Shown here one piece after another: positions 23,701 through 32,694 of a stretch of DNA of 41,794 nt. The DNA comes from Polyangiales bacterium (GTDB taxonomy: Bacteria; Myxococcota_A; Polyangia; Polyangiales; Polyangiaceae). The position numbers and the translations under genes are program-made. Location: the NCBI GenBank assembly GCA_038231275.1, contig JBBRLQ010000048.1, forward strand, positions 1 to 41,794, written 5' to 3'. The notes below the pieces were generated by a model, which was not told where the DNA came from, made no database searches, and worked only from the letters and a program-made list of their open reading frames with translations. Each line of letters opens with the position of its first letter. The stretch's first letter is position 1.

Positions 23701-24774
23701 ATGCGATTCATTTGGGCGGCGGCCATCGCCGCGACCTCGATCTCGATGCTCGGCGGATGCAAAGGGAGCGGCGGCAACGCGACGAGGGAGGACGCGTCCT
23801 CCCCGGCCGTTCATGTCGAGAGCGCGCCCGCCACGGAGATCGACGTGCCGATCCAGCTCCGGCTCACCGGATCGCTCAAGGGCATGCGCGAGGCCGATCT
23901 CGCCGCGAACACCGCCGGTCGCGTCACGAAGACGTTCGTCGAGCGCGGCGACCAGGTGCAGGCCGGTCAGATCATCGCGCAGATCGACACGAGCAACGCC
24001 GCGCTGACGCTCGCCGAGGCCCACGTGCAGCTCGACACCTCGCGTACGCAAGACGAGATCAACCAAGCGGACTGCAAGCGCGTCGAGCAACTCCTCGCGA
24101 AGGGCGCGATCAGCCAGGCCGAATACGACAACGTCACCGCGAAATGCAAGACGGCGCAGCTCGGGGTCAAAGCCGCGGAGGCCCGCCAGAGCACGGCCGC
24201 CAAGGTCGTCGGTGACGGCACCATCCGGGCCCCGTTCGCTGGCGTCGTCTCCGAGCGCTTCGTCGACGTCGGCGCGTACGTGAAGACCGATTCGAAGGTC
24301 ATCGCGCTGACGCAAAACGGCGAGCTCCGCCTCGAGTTCACCGTTCCGGAGGCCAACGTCGGCGAGGTGAAACAGGGCGCCGACGTCGCGTTCAACGTCG
24401 CGGCGTACGCGGACAAGACGTTCCACGGAACCGTCCGCTTCGTCTCCGGGTCGGTGCGCGCGGCCACGCGTGACCTCGTCGTCGAAGCGCTCGTCGACAA
24501 CAGCGACAAGAAGCTCTTCCCCGGTATGTTCGCCGATGTCGCGCTGTCGACCGGCACGCGCAAGCTTCCTTCCGTACCGCTGTCTGCGGTGTTCGAACGG
24601 CAAGAAAAGCGCCGCGTCTTCGTCGTCACGCCGGACAGCCGCCTCGAAGAGCGCGTCCTCCAGGTCGGACCGGAATCGAACGGACGTCTCTCCATCGAGT
24701 CGGGCGTCAAGGCGGGCGAGCTCGTCGTCACCGCCAACGCCGATCGACTCACCAACGGCGCTCGCGTCCAGTAA
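23701..24774 (+). CDS. RND efflux periplasmic adaptor subunit (MFP)
   Basis: lipobox LGGC; GRV..FVERGDQV.AGQ, IRAPFAGVV, TRDLVVEA, LFPGMF. Confidence 0.92.
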   Translation: MRFIWAAAIAATSISMLGGCKGSGGNATREDASSPAVHVESAPATEIDVPIQLRLTGSLKGMREADLAANTAGRVTKTFVERGDQVQAGQIIAQIDTSNAALTLAEAHVQLDTSRTQDEINQADCKRVEQLLAKGAISQAEYDNVTAKCKTAQLGVKAAEARQSTAAKVVGDGTIRAPFAGVVSERFVDVGAYVKTDSKVIALTQNGELRLEFTVPEANVGEVKQGADVAFNVAAYADKTFHGTVRFVSGSVRAATRDLVVEALVDNSDKKLFPGMFADVALSTGTRKLPSVPLSAVFERQEKRRVFVVTPDSRLEERVLQVGPESNGRLSIESGVKAGELVVTANADRLTNGARVQ

Positions 24775-24787
24775 GTCAGGAGCTCCC

Positions 24788-27700
24788 ATGCAGTGGCTCG
24801 CACGAATCTGTGTCCAGCGCCCGGTGTTCGCATCGGTGCTCATTCTCGCGATCGTCGTGCTCGGCGTCGTCGGGTACGGGCGCCTCGGCGTCGACCAGTT
24901 CCCGAACGTCGACATCCCGATCGTGGTCGTCACGACGCGGCTCGACGGCGCTTCACCCGAAGAGGTGGAGATCGACATCACCGACAAGATCGAATCCGCG
25001 GTCAACACCATCAGCGGCATCGACGAGCTCAACTCGGTCTCGAGCGAGGGCGTCTCGCAGGTCATCATCACGTTCAAGCTCGAGAAGGACACCGAGTCCG
25101 CCGCCAACGACGTGCGCGACAAGATCAATCAAGCGACGAAAAATCTCCCGGAGGGCATCGACCCGCCGATCGTTTCGAAGGTCGACCCGGGAGCGTCCCC
25201 CGTTCTCCTCATCGGCGTGCGCGCGGCCAAGGGAGCCAAGGTCGACATCCGCGATCTCACCGAGGCCGCCGACAAGAAGGTCCGCCGCCAGCTCGAATCG
25301 ATCAGCGGCGTCGGCCAGGTCAACGCCATCGGCGCGCGCGACCGCCAGATCAACGTCCTCATGAACCCGCTGGCGCTGCGGGCGGAGAACGTGACGCCAC
25401 TCGACGTGATGCGCGCGCTGCAGTCGCAAAACCTCGTCACACCGGGCGGCTCGCTCGAGACGGGTCCGAAGAGCGTCACCCTCAAGATCGACGGGCGGGT
25501 CAGCTCCGTCGAGCAGATCGAGCGTCTGTCCGTCCGCGCCTCGAACGGCCGCATCCTCCGGATCGCGGACGTCGCGAAGGTCGTCGACGGCAAGAAGGAG
25601 CTCGAGAGCATCGCTCGCTACGAAGGCGAGGATCTCGTCGCCCTCTCGATCATCAAGCAGGGCGGCACGAATACGATCGACGTCGTCAACGCGATCCTCA
25701 AACGTATGGACGCCATTCGAAGCAGCCTGCCGAAGGGCATGGAGCTCGTGATGATCCGCGACAACTCGCAGACCATCCGCACCGCCGTCCATTCGGTGAC
25801 CGAGCACTTGATGCTGGGCTCGGCGCTCGCCGCGCTCGTCGTCCTCTTGTTCCTCGGAAACGTGCGCAGCACGATCATCGCCGCCGTGGCCATCCCGGTG
25901 TCCGTGATCGGGACGTTCGGCTTGATGTACGTGCAGGGCTACACGCTCAACATCATCACGCTGCTCGCGCTGGCGCTCGCCGTCGGCCTCGTCATCGACG
26001 ACGCGATCGTCGTCCTCGAGAACATCGTGCGGTTCATCGACGAAAAGGGCGTCAAACCCTTCCCCGCCGCGGTGCTCGCCACCAAAGAGATCGGCCTCGC
26101 CGTCATGGCGACGACCCTCTCGCTCATGGCGGTCTTCATTCCCGTCGCGTTCATCGGGGGTATCCCCGGAAGGTTCCTCAAGAGCTTCGGCTACACGATG
26201 GCCTTCTCCGTCGGTGTATCGCTCGTCGTCAGCTTCTCGCTGACGCCGATGATGTCGGCGCGCCTCTTGAAACCGCACGTGGACGGCTTCCTGACGAAGA
26301 TCGTCGATGCATTTTACAAGCCGATCGAGCGCGCGTACCTCGCGATGCTGCACTTCTCGCTGAAGAGGCGTTGGGTGATCGTGCTCGCCTGCGGCGCGGT
26401 GCTCGGCTCGTGCGTACCCGTTGCAAAATCGCTCCCCGCGGGCTTCTTGCCCGAGGACGACAAGGCCAAATTCCAGATGACGATCCGCGCCCCCGAAGGC
26501 ACGAGCTCGGAGGAGACGCTGCTCATCGCGGAGCGCGCGGCCGTCGAGCTCCGAAAGCTCCCCGGCGTCGCCCACATCCTCATCACGGTCGCAGAAGACG
26601 ACGCCCACACGCGCAACTTCTCGCAGATCTACGTCGACATGGTCGATCCGGAGCAGCGGACGATCACACAGTTTCAGGCCATGGCGCGCGCCCGCACCGA
26701 AATCGTTCCGAAGATGCCGACCGGCATGCGCATCACCGTCGCCGAGGTGCCGGACTTCGCGGTCGGCTCGAACCTCCAGAACATCCAGCTCGTCATGAGC
26801 GGTCCGGACTTCTCGCAGCTCGAACGGTACGCGGACGAGATTACGAAGGGTCTTCGAGCGACGAAGCTCGCGGTCGACGTCGACACGACGAATTTGCCGG
26901 GCCGCCCCGAGGTGAAGGTCAGTATCGATCGGGATCGCGCCGCCGACCTCGGCGTGAGCGTATCCGACGTCGCCACGACACTGCAGATGCTGGTCGCGGG
27001 GATCAAGGCGTCGACGTACCCTGAGGCCGGCGAGGAATACGACATCCGCATCCGCGCCGCAGACCAGTACCGCATCGATGCGTCGGCGCTCTCGCTCATG
27101 AACGTGCCGTCCACACGCCTCGGCAACGTGCCGCTCTCGTCGGTCGTGAAGTGGCGTGACGGCAGCGCGCCTTCTCGCGTCAATCGCTACGGCCGTGAGC
27201 GACAGATCACGCTCCTCTCGAACGCTGCCCCCGGCGTCGGCGACGACAAGGTCATCGGGTACATTAAAGACAAGTTCGCCGAGCTGCATCCACCGGCCAA
27301 CTATCGCCTCCAACCCACCGGCCGAAGCCGTACGCAAGCGGAGACCGCGGCAGGCTTCGCGCTCGCTCTCGGGATGGCGTTCGTCTTCATGTACCTGATC
27401 CTCGCGGCGCAGTTCGAGTCTTGGCTGTACCCGCTGATCATCCTCGTCTCGCTACCGCTCACCGTTCCGTTCGCGTTCATCGCGCTGAAGCTGTTCGGCC
27501 AGAGCCTCAACATGTTCTCGATGCTCGGACTTCTCGTGCTCTTCGGCGTCGTGAAGAAGAACGCGATCCTCCAGGTCGACCACACGAACCACCTTCGCCG
27601 CGAAGGGATGGGCCACTTCGAGTCGCTCATGCAGGCGAACAAGGATCGACTTCGGCCGATCTTGATGACCACCATCGCGTTCGTCGCCGGCATGCTGCCG

Positions 27701-27943
27701 CTCATCGTGTCGAAGGGCATCGGCTCCGGTTTCAGCCGCGCGACGGCCAGCATCGTCATCGGCGGCCAGACCATGTCGCTCCTCCTCACGCTGCTCGCGG
27801 TGCCCGTGTTTTACAGCCTGATTGACAGCCTTCGCGCGCGCATTTCGCGGCGCCGGGAGGGCCGCGCGGTGGTCGATCGCGGCGAAACCGAGCTCGACGC
27901 AATGAGTGGAGGTCCGGCGCCGGCGGGTGAGGCGGCGGAGTGA
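24788..27943 (+). CDS. RND efflux permease (AcrB/AcrD/AcrF family)
   Basis: RPVFA, FPNVDIP, GASPEEVE, GLVIDDAIVVLEN, SLTPMM, KNAIL, RLRPILMT. Confidence 0.95.
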   Translation: MQWLARICVQRPVFASVLILAIVVLGVVGYGRLGVDQFPNVDIPIVVVTTRLDGASPEEVEIDITDKIESAVNTISGIDELNSVSSEGVSQVIITFKLEKDTESAANDVRDKINQATKNLPEGIDPPIVSKVDPGASPVLLIGVRAAKGAKVDIRDLTEAADKKVRRQLESISGVGQVNAIGARDRQINVLMNPLALRAENVTPLDVMRALQSQNLVTPGGSLETGPKSVTLKIDGRVSSVEQIERLSVRASNGRILRIADVAKVVDGKKELESIARYEGEDLVALSIIKQGGTNTIDVVNAILKRMDAIRSSLPKGMELVMIRDNSQTIRTAVHSVTEHLMLGSALAALVVLLFLGNVRSTIIAAVAIPVSVIGTFGLMYVQGYTLNIITLLALALAVGLVIDDAIVVLENIVRFIDEKGVKPFPAAVLATKEIGLAVMATTLSLMAVFIPVAFIGGIPGRFLKSFGYTMAFSVGVSLVVSFSLTPMMSARLLKPHVDGFLTKIVDAFYKPIERAYLAMLHFSLKRRWVIVLACGAVLGSCVPVAKSLPAGFLPEDDKAKFQMTIRAPEGTSSEETLLIAERAAVELRKLPGVAHILITVAEDDAHTRNFSQIYVDMVDPEQRTITQFQAMARARTEIVPKMPTGMRITVAEVPDFAVGSNLQNIQLVMSGPDFSQLERYADEITKGLRATKLAVDVDTTNLPGRPEVKVSIDRDRAADLGVSVSDVATTLQMLVAGIKASTYPEAGEEYDIRIRAADQYRIDASALSLMNVPSTRLGNVPLSSVVKWRDGSAPSRVNRYGRERQITLLSNAAPGVGDDKVIGYIKDKFAELHPPANYRLQPTGRSRTQAETAAGFALALGMAFVFMYLILAAQFESWLYPLIILVSLPLTVPFAFIALKLFGQSLNMFSMLGLLVLFGVVKKNAILQVDHTNHLRREGMGHFESLMQANKDRLRPILMTTIAFVAGMLPLIVSKGIGSGFSRATASIVIGGQTMSLLLTLLAVPVFYSLIDSLRARISRRREGRAVVDRGETELDAMSGGPAPAGEAAE

Positions 27944-28506
27944 AGGCGCATCGCGGGGAGTCGGTGGTTCGCGACGTCCTCGACGCGGTCCGCGACGAAA
28001 TCGCAGAGGTCGGATTCGGTGCCATGCGCATCGAGAACGTGGCGCTCCGGGCCGACGTCGCGAAGACGACGATCTATCGCCGTTGGCCAAAGAAAGAGGA
28101 CCTCCTCTTCGAGCTCCTCCAGTCGATGATGAGCGACGCGATCGAGGTCCCCGAGACGGGCAGCCTGCGCGAGGATCTTCTCGCGATCGCGCGTCACCTG
28201 CGGAACGTGATGACGAGCACCGACGGCCAAGCGATCGCCGGCATGATGATGGCCGAACGGAGCGATCCGGACGTTCGCCGCGTCCTCGAGCGCATTCGGG
28301 AAGAGAAGATGCACCTCCCGAGGATGATCGTGGAGCGGGCGCGCGCGCGAGGCGAGATCGAGGCATCGGTCGATGCGGAGCTGCTCCTCACCACGCTCGC
28401 GGGCAGCATCCACCATCGCGTCTTCATCATGTCGGAGGGTCCATCCGACGCATACCTCGAGGCCCTCGTCGGCCTGCTCATGTCGGGCGCGCGTACCCGA
28501 GCGTGA
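27940..28506 (+). CDS. TetR/AcrR family regulator
   Basis: GFGAMRIENVALRADVAKTTIYRRWPKKEDL HTH; GTGA coupling. Confidence 0.93.
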   Translation: MKAHRGESVVRDVLDAVRDEIAEVGFGAMRIENVALRADVAKTTIYRRWPKKEDLLFELLQSMMSDAIEVPETGSLREDLLAIARHLRNVMTSTDGQAIAGMMMAERSDPDVRRVLERIREEKMHLPRMIVERARARGEIEASVDAELLLTTLAGSIHHRVFIMSEGPSDAYLEALVGLLMSGARTRA

Positions 28507-28522
28507 TCGCGGATCCGAAAGC

Positions 28523-31500
28523 TCAGATCGGGCTGTACGTCGAATTGGACGGCTGGAACGTCTGCCACGTGCCGTTCTGAACGTGGTCGGAGAGCTCGCC
28601 GGAGTGCGGGTCTCCGAGGACGAGCGTGTTGGGCTCGTTCGCACCGAACCACCTCGAGTTCGACGCGAGGGGGCTGTTCGAGGTGGCCGCGCCGACCGGA
28701 GAGCCGGTGGTGTCGGAGAGCTGCCGCGCGCTCGAGTCGCCCATGACGTAGTTGCCGTTCGGCCCCGCCGCGACGATGGGCTGCGTCCCGCCGTTGCACG
28801 AGTGGAGCGTGACGGGGCGGTTCGGACCGCCCTTGAAGCCTGCCGCGTTCAGGTCCTGACCGAGCTGCACCCCGTTGACGGGCTTCCCGTCGAACCACGT
28901 CTGCCCCGGCGCGCCGTGGGCGTCGATGATCACGCTGTCGGCGCCGGCCAGGCTGCCCGGCGTGAGCTGACTCGGCGTGAAGAGCTGCGCCCCGGGGTTG
29001 GCTGCGACGTCGTAGTTCCCCCAGGTCTGGACGGCGGAGTCCCCGAGGTCACCCTCGATGACGGCGACGAATAGGCCGAGCGGGTCGACGCTGCACGTCG
29101 GATTCGGCACGAACGCGATGTCTTGGCCCGAGCCGCGAAGCTCCAACGGATCCGGGGACAAGAAGACGCCGAGCTCGGGCGAGTAGGTGCGGTGCCGATT
29201 GTACGAGAGGCCGGTGAGCGAGTCCGCGCGCTGCCCGGCGAAGCGCAGGCGCCCGGGATTTTCGCTGGCGCGCGCGACGGCCCCGGTCGCCGTGAGATCG
29301 ATGTCGGCGATCCCACCGGTCGCGTCGAGGTACGTCCACGGCGTGCCGGCGGCGTCGGTCGCGACGAGTCGAAACCCGCCGCCATCCGTGGACTCCAGGA
29401 GCAGCGAGTAGGCGTCGTCCTTGAACACGCGACGCGTCGGCAGCGTCCCGGTCCCTTGCTCCTCGACGAGGCCGTCGCCGTCCCAGCCATAGCGCGTGAC
29501 GTTGCCCTCACAGAGCTCGAGGAGTCGCCGGCCCAGCGCGTCGGACACGTAGTCGACGCGAAGCCCGTCGCCGCGCACCGCCGCCGCGAGCTGGTGGCGC
29601 TCGTCGTATTCGTATGCCCAACACATGAGGGGATCGGGATCGCGTCGCGAGGCGAGCCTTCCGAAGTCGTCCCACGCGAGCGTCGACGTGCGGGTGTTGA
29701 GGGGGCGACCGCCCCGGCCGAGCTGCGCGGTGGCCGGCCCTCTCGAAGAGACTGGCGTCCCGTGCGCCGAGTAGACGAAGCGCTCGTCCGCGCCGAGCCC
29801 GTCGACGCCGAGGATGCGGCCGCGCGCGTCGAGCGAATAGGACCGCGTTCCGTACTGCGCGTCGCCAATCGCGGTGACGGCGCCGTGCGCGCTCCACGCG
29901 TACGTCCGCTCGCGCACCGGCCGCCCGGCGTGGACGACGGTGACGCGCTCCGGGAGGCCCTCGGCGTTGCGCTGGGTGAGCACTGCCTGGCCGGCGCGGC
30001 GCCGAGCGAGCTCGTTCGCGCGCGCGTCGTGCTCGAGCTCGAGGACCTCGTGCGCGGACTCGCCGCCGACGCGCACGCGCACGGGGAGGCCTGATGGGCT
30101 GCGCTGAACGTCGACGCTCCATCCGCTCGAATAGCGGCGCGAGACGGCGCGCGAAGCAGCGTCGCGGACGTAGTCGACGGAGAAGCGCCAGTCGCCCACC
30201 GTCTGGACCTCGCGGACGACCGCGCCGAGCGCGTCGCGCGTGTACTCGACCGCCACGGTGCGGCCGCGCGTCGTCAGCTCCGCGAGGAGGAGGCGGCCGC
30301 CGGGATCGTACGCGTAGCGCTCGCTCGCGCCGCTCGAGTGGGCGCACGTGAGCACGCGACCCGCCGCGTCGTAGCTGATGGCGACGCTGCTGCCATCCGA
30401 GCGAACGACGTGGGACAGCCGCCCTTCGGCGTCGTATTCGCACGACTGGCGGACGCCCGCGAACGTGGACGCCGCGGCCGGATTGCCGCGCGCGTCGCAG
30501 CGAATTTCGTACCGCTCGCCCGCCGCGTTCACGAGCCACGCCGGACGCAGCACCGCGTCGAAGCCCATTCGCCAGACGGCGCCGTCGGGGAGCGTCGTCT
30601 CCACGAGCGCGTCGGCGACGTAGCGGCATCGAATCACCGCGCCGCTCGCGTACTTCGTCGCGACGATTCGCTTGAGCGCGTCGAGCTCGTATTCCGTGCG
30701 AAGACCCGCCGTGTCCTTGGCCACGAGGTTGTTGCCGTCGTCGTAGAAGAGCGTCGTCTTCTTGCCGGTCGGATCGGTGAGCGTGGTGAGAATGCCGAAC
30801 GGGTCGTACTCGAAGGTCCAGGTCGCGCCGTCGGCGTTGGCGCGGCGAATCAGGTTCCCTTGCGCGTCGTAGGCGCTCGATACGACGCCGCCGTCGGGCA
30901 GCGTCACGCTGGTCCGTTGGCCGCGTGCGTCGAGGCCGTAGCGACGACGACCACCCGACGGGTCCGTCACTTCGACGACGCGTCCGCGCGCGTCGCATCG
31001 CGACTGCCACACGCTGCCGTCGGGGTTCTTGACCGCCCGGATCCCGCCGCGGCCCGCGAGGACCTCGGTGGTCCCGTTCGCGTCGCTCTTCGACGTCGGG
31101 CGCCCCTCGTCGTCGTACGACAGCGTCGTCTCGTTGCCGAGCCCGTCGGTGAACGACGTCTGCCGACCGCCGGCGTCGTAGGCGTACGTCCGCGCGACGG
31201 CGCTCGGGTCGGTGTACTTCGTGACGACGCCGAGCGGAGACAATTCGTAGCGATGCGTCGACCCCACCCCGTCGATGACGGTCGACTCGGCCGGCCCGTA
31301 CCGGAGGCTCGTGTGGAAGATGCCCTTCGGCGGCACGTCGGCTGGGAGGTGGACGCGCGACGGCGCTGGCCCCGGACCGAACGCGAGCGACGAAGGCGGC
31401 GGACCGACGGGCCGCGGCGAGGGCGGCGCGCCGAGCTCGCGCAGGACGTCGCGCCCCGGGATCTCGCCCCACGTCTCGACGCAGCGGGCTTCGTCGCCGA

Positions 31501-32536
31501 ACGTGGCGTAGCGGAACTGGAAGACGAGCCCGTCCGCGCGACGCTCGGACATCATGCGGTGCGCGTGGTCGTACGTGTACTCGGTGGTTCGCCGCCTTGC
31601 GTCGGTCGCGCGAACGAGGTCGCCGCGCGCGTCCAGCTCGTAGACCGCGAGCGTTCGCGGTGACGCCGCGCCGCGCGCGTGCGCGAGCCACGCCCGACGG
31701 TGACCTTCCTTGACCAGGAACGCGCGACGCCCGACCGAGTCGATGACGCGCGCGATCTCGTGCCCATTCCAGCCGACGCGCGCGATGTTGCCCGACGCAT
31801 CGGTGAGCTCGGTCAGGCGGTGCATACCCTCGGGGCTACGGCGGAGAACGCGGAGGAGCCCGTCGCGCAGATCGAGGAAGAGCGTGTCGCCGCGGCGAAA
31901 GAGCGCGCGCCCGAACGGCAGGGCGACGACCCGACCTTCGACGGGGAGCAAAGCCTCGACCGGTTGCCCATCGGGGCCGAGGAGGAACACGCGATCGCCG
32001 ACGCGGTCCGCGCTCCAGTAGAGATCGTGTGACCAACCGAAGCCGAGGCCGCAGTCGCGAAGCGCGCTCGACGAGCGGTAGGACCTGCTCCACGCGACCG
32101 GGAAAATCCCGGGGAGGACGAAGTCCTCGCTGGGATGGGTGAACATCCTCCCGCTCGCGACGTCGACGGGATGGCCGGCCGACGCCGTCCCGGGGCCCGA
32201 CGCCGAGCCAGTCGGCGCGCCGCCGACGTCGACGTTGGGGCTACCGACGATGAGCTGCCCCATGCCGCCGCAGTGGGTCGTCTGATCGCCGACGCGGTGC
32301 GCCGGGAGGTTGTTGATGGTGACGGTGGAGCTGCCTTGTGAGGCCTTCCAGGTGTTCGCCCCGCAGCACGCGCTGTGCTTGCCGGGATCGGTCACCCGCA
32401 GCGCCTTCTGGTCGTTCACCGTCACGTTCGGCGACCCGTTCGTCCCGGGGCCGACGCACGTGTGCGCGCAGCACGGGTTGCCGTGCGAGTCCGCCGGCAC
32501 CTTTGCATTGTCCCCGACGCGACCTTGTGCGGCCAT
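28523..32536 (-). CDS. PAAR-Rhs (YD-repeat) T6SS effector with C-terminal His/Cys peptidase-like domain
   Basis: N-terminal PAAR (GSPNV, PAHRVGD), HPVDVASG (DUF6531-like), YD repeats, core end GQRADSLTGLSYNRHRTY...FLSPDP...NPTCSVDPLGL, 182-aa CT with IDAHG and LHSC. Confidence 0.92.
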   Translation of the reverse strand: MAAQGRVGDNAKVPADSHGNPCCAHTCVGPGTNGSPNVTVNDQKALRVTDPGKHSACCGANTWKASQGSSTVTINNLPAHRVGDQTTHCGGMGQLIVGSPNVDVGGAPTGSASGPGTASAGHPVDVASGRMFTHPSEDFVLPGIFPVAWSRSYRSSSALRDCGLGFGWSHDLYWSADRVGDRVFLLGPDGQPVEALLPVEGRVVALPFGRALFRRGDTLFLDLRDGLLRVLRRSPEGMHRLTELTDASGNIARVGWNGHEIARVIDSVGRRAFLVKEGHRRAWLAHARGAASPRTLAVYELDARGDLVRATDARRRTTEYTYDHAHRMMSERRADGLVFQFRYATFGDEARCVETWGEIPGRDVLRELGAPPSPRPVGPPPSSLAFGPGPAPSRVHLPADVPPKGIFHTSLRYGPAESTVIDGVGSTHRYELSPLGVVTKYTDPSAVARTYAYDAGGRQTSFTDGLGNETTLSYDDEGRPTSKSDANGTTEVLAGRGGIRAVKNPDGSVWQSRCDARGRVVEVTDPSGGRRRYGLDARGQRTSVTLPDGGVVSSAYDAQGNLIRRANADGATWTFEYDPFGILTTLTDPTGKKTTLFYDDGNNLVAKDTAGLRTEYELDALKRIVATKYASGAVIRCRYVADALVETTLPDGAVWRMGFDAVLRPAWLVNAAGERYEIRCDARGNPAAASTFAGVRQSCEYDAEGRLSHVVRSDGSSVAISYDAAGRVLTCAHSSGASERYAYDPGGRLLLAELTTRGRTVAVEYTRDALGAVVREVQTVGDWRFSVDYVRDAASRAVSRRYSSGWSVDVQRSPSGLPVRVRVGGESAHEVLELEHDARANELARRRAGQAVLTQRNAEGLPERVTVVHAGRPVRERTYAWSAHGAVTAIGDAQYGTRSYSLDARGRILGVDGLGADERFVYSAHGTPVSSRGPATAQLGRGGRPLNTRTSTLAWDDFGRLASRRDPDPLMCWAYEYDERHQLAAAVRGDGLRVDYVSDALGRRLLELCEGNVTRYGWDGDGLVEEQGTGTLPTRRVFKDDAYSLLLESTDGGGFRLVATDAAGTPWTYLDATGGIADIDLTATGAVARASENPGRLRFAGQRADSLTGLSYNRHRTYSPELGVFLSPDPLELRGSGQDIAFVPNPTCSVDPLGLFVAVIEGDLGDSAVQTWGNYDVAANPGAQLFTPSQLTPGSLAGADSVIIDAHGAPGQTWFDGKPVNGVQLGQDLNAAGFKGGPNRPVTLHSCNGGTQPIVAAGPNGNYVMGDSSARQLSDTTGSPVGAATSNSPLASNSRWFGANEPNTLVLGDPHSGELSDHVQNGTWQTFQPSNSTYSPI

Positions 32537-32552
32537 TGATGCGCTCCACCTA

Positions 32553-32567
32553 GCAAGACGCAGACCT
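32553..32567 (-). promoter_or_regulatory. sigma54 -24/-12 promoter for the Rhs gene
   Basis: AGGT-CTGCGTC-TTGC(TA); context CGAGGTCTGnnTCTTGCTA shared with 39805-39823. Confidence 0.7.
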
Positions 32568-32629
32568 CGCGCGATGGAGGCGCGCGGGCGGCGAAACGGC
32601 CGAAGGTTCGCCGGCCTATCGGCACGGCA

Positions 32630-32670
32630 TCAGACCAAATCGTTCCGATGGATGGACCGCGAAGGTCCGA
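32630..32670. promoter_or_regulatory. tandem palindromic UAS (UAS R)
   Basis: TCAGACC-aaatc-GTTCCGA (32630-32648) and ATGGACC-gcgaa-GGTCCGA (32652-32670), 22 bp period. Confidence 0.75.
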
Positions 32671-32694
32671 CGAGGTGCTGGTAACCTGCTGCGA

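Noticed and set aside
23701..28506. RND operon lacking an outer-membrane factor gene
   Set aside because: Common; TolC-type channels are often encoded elsewhere.
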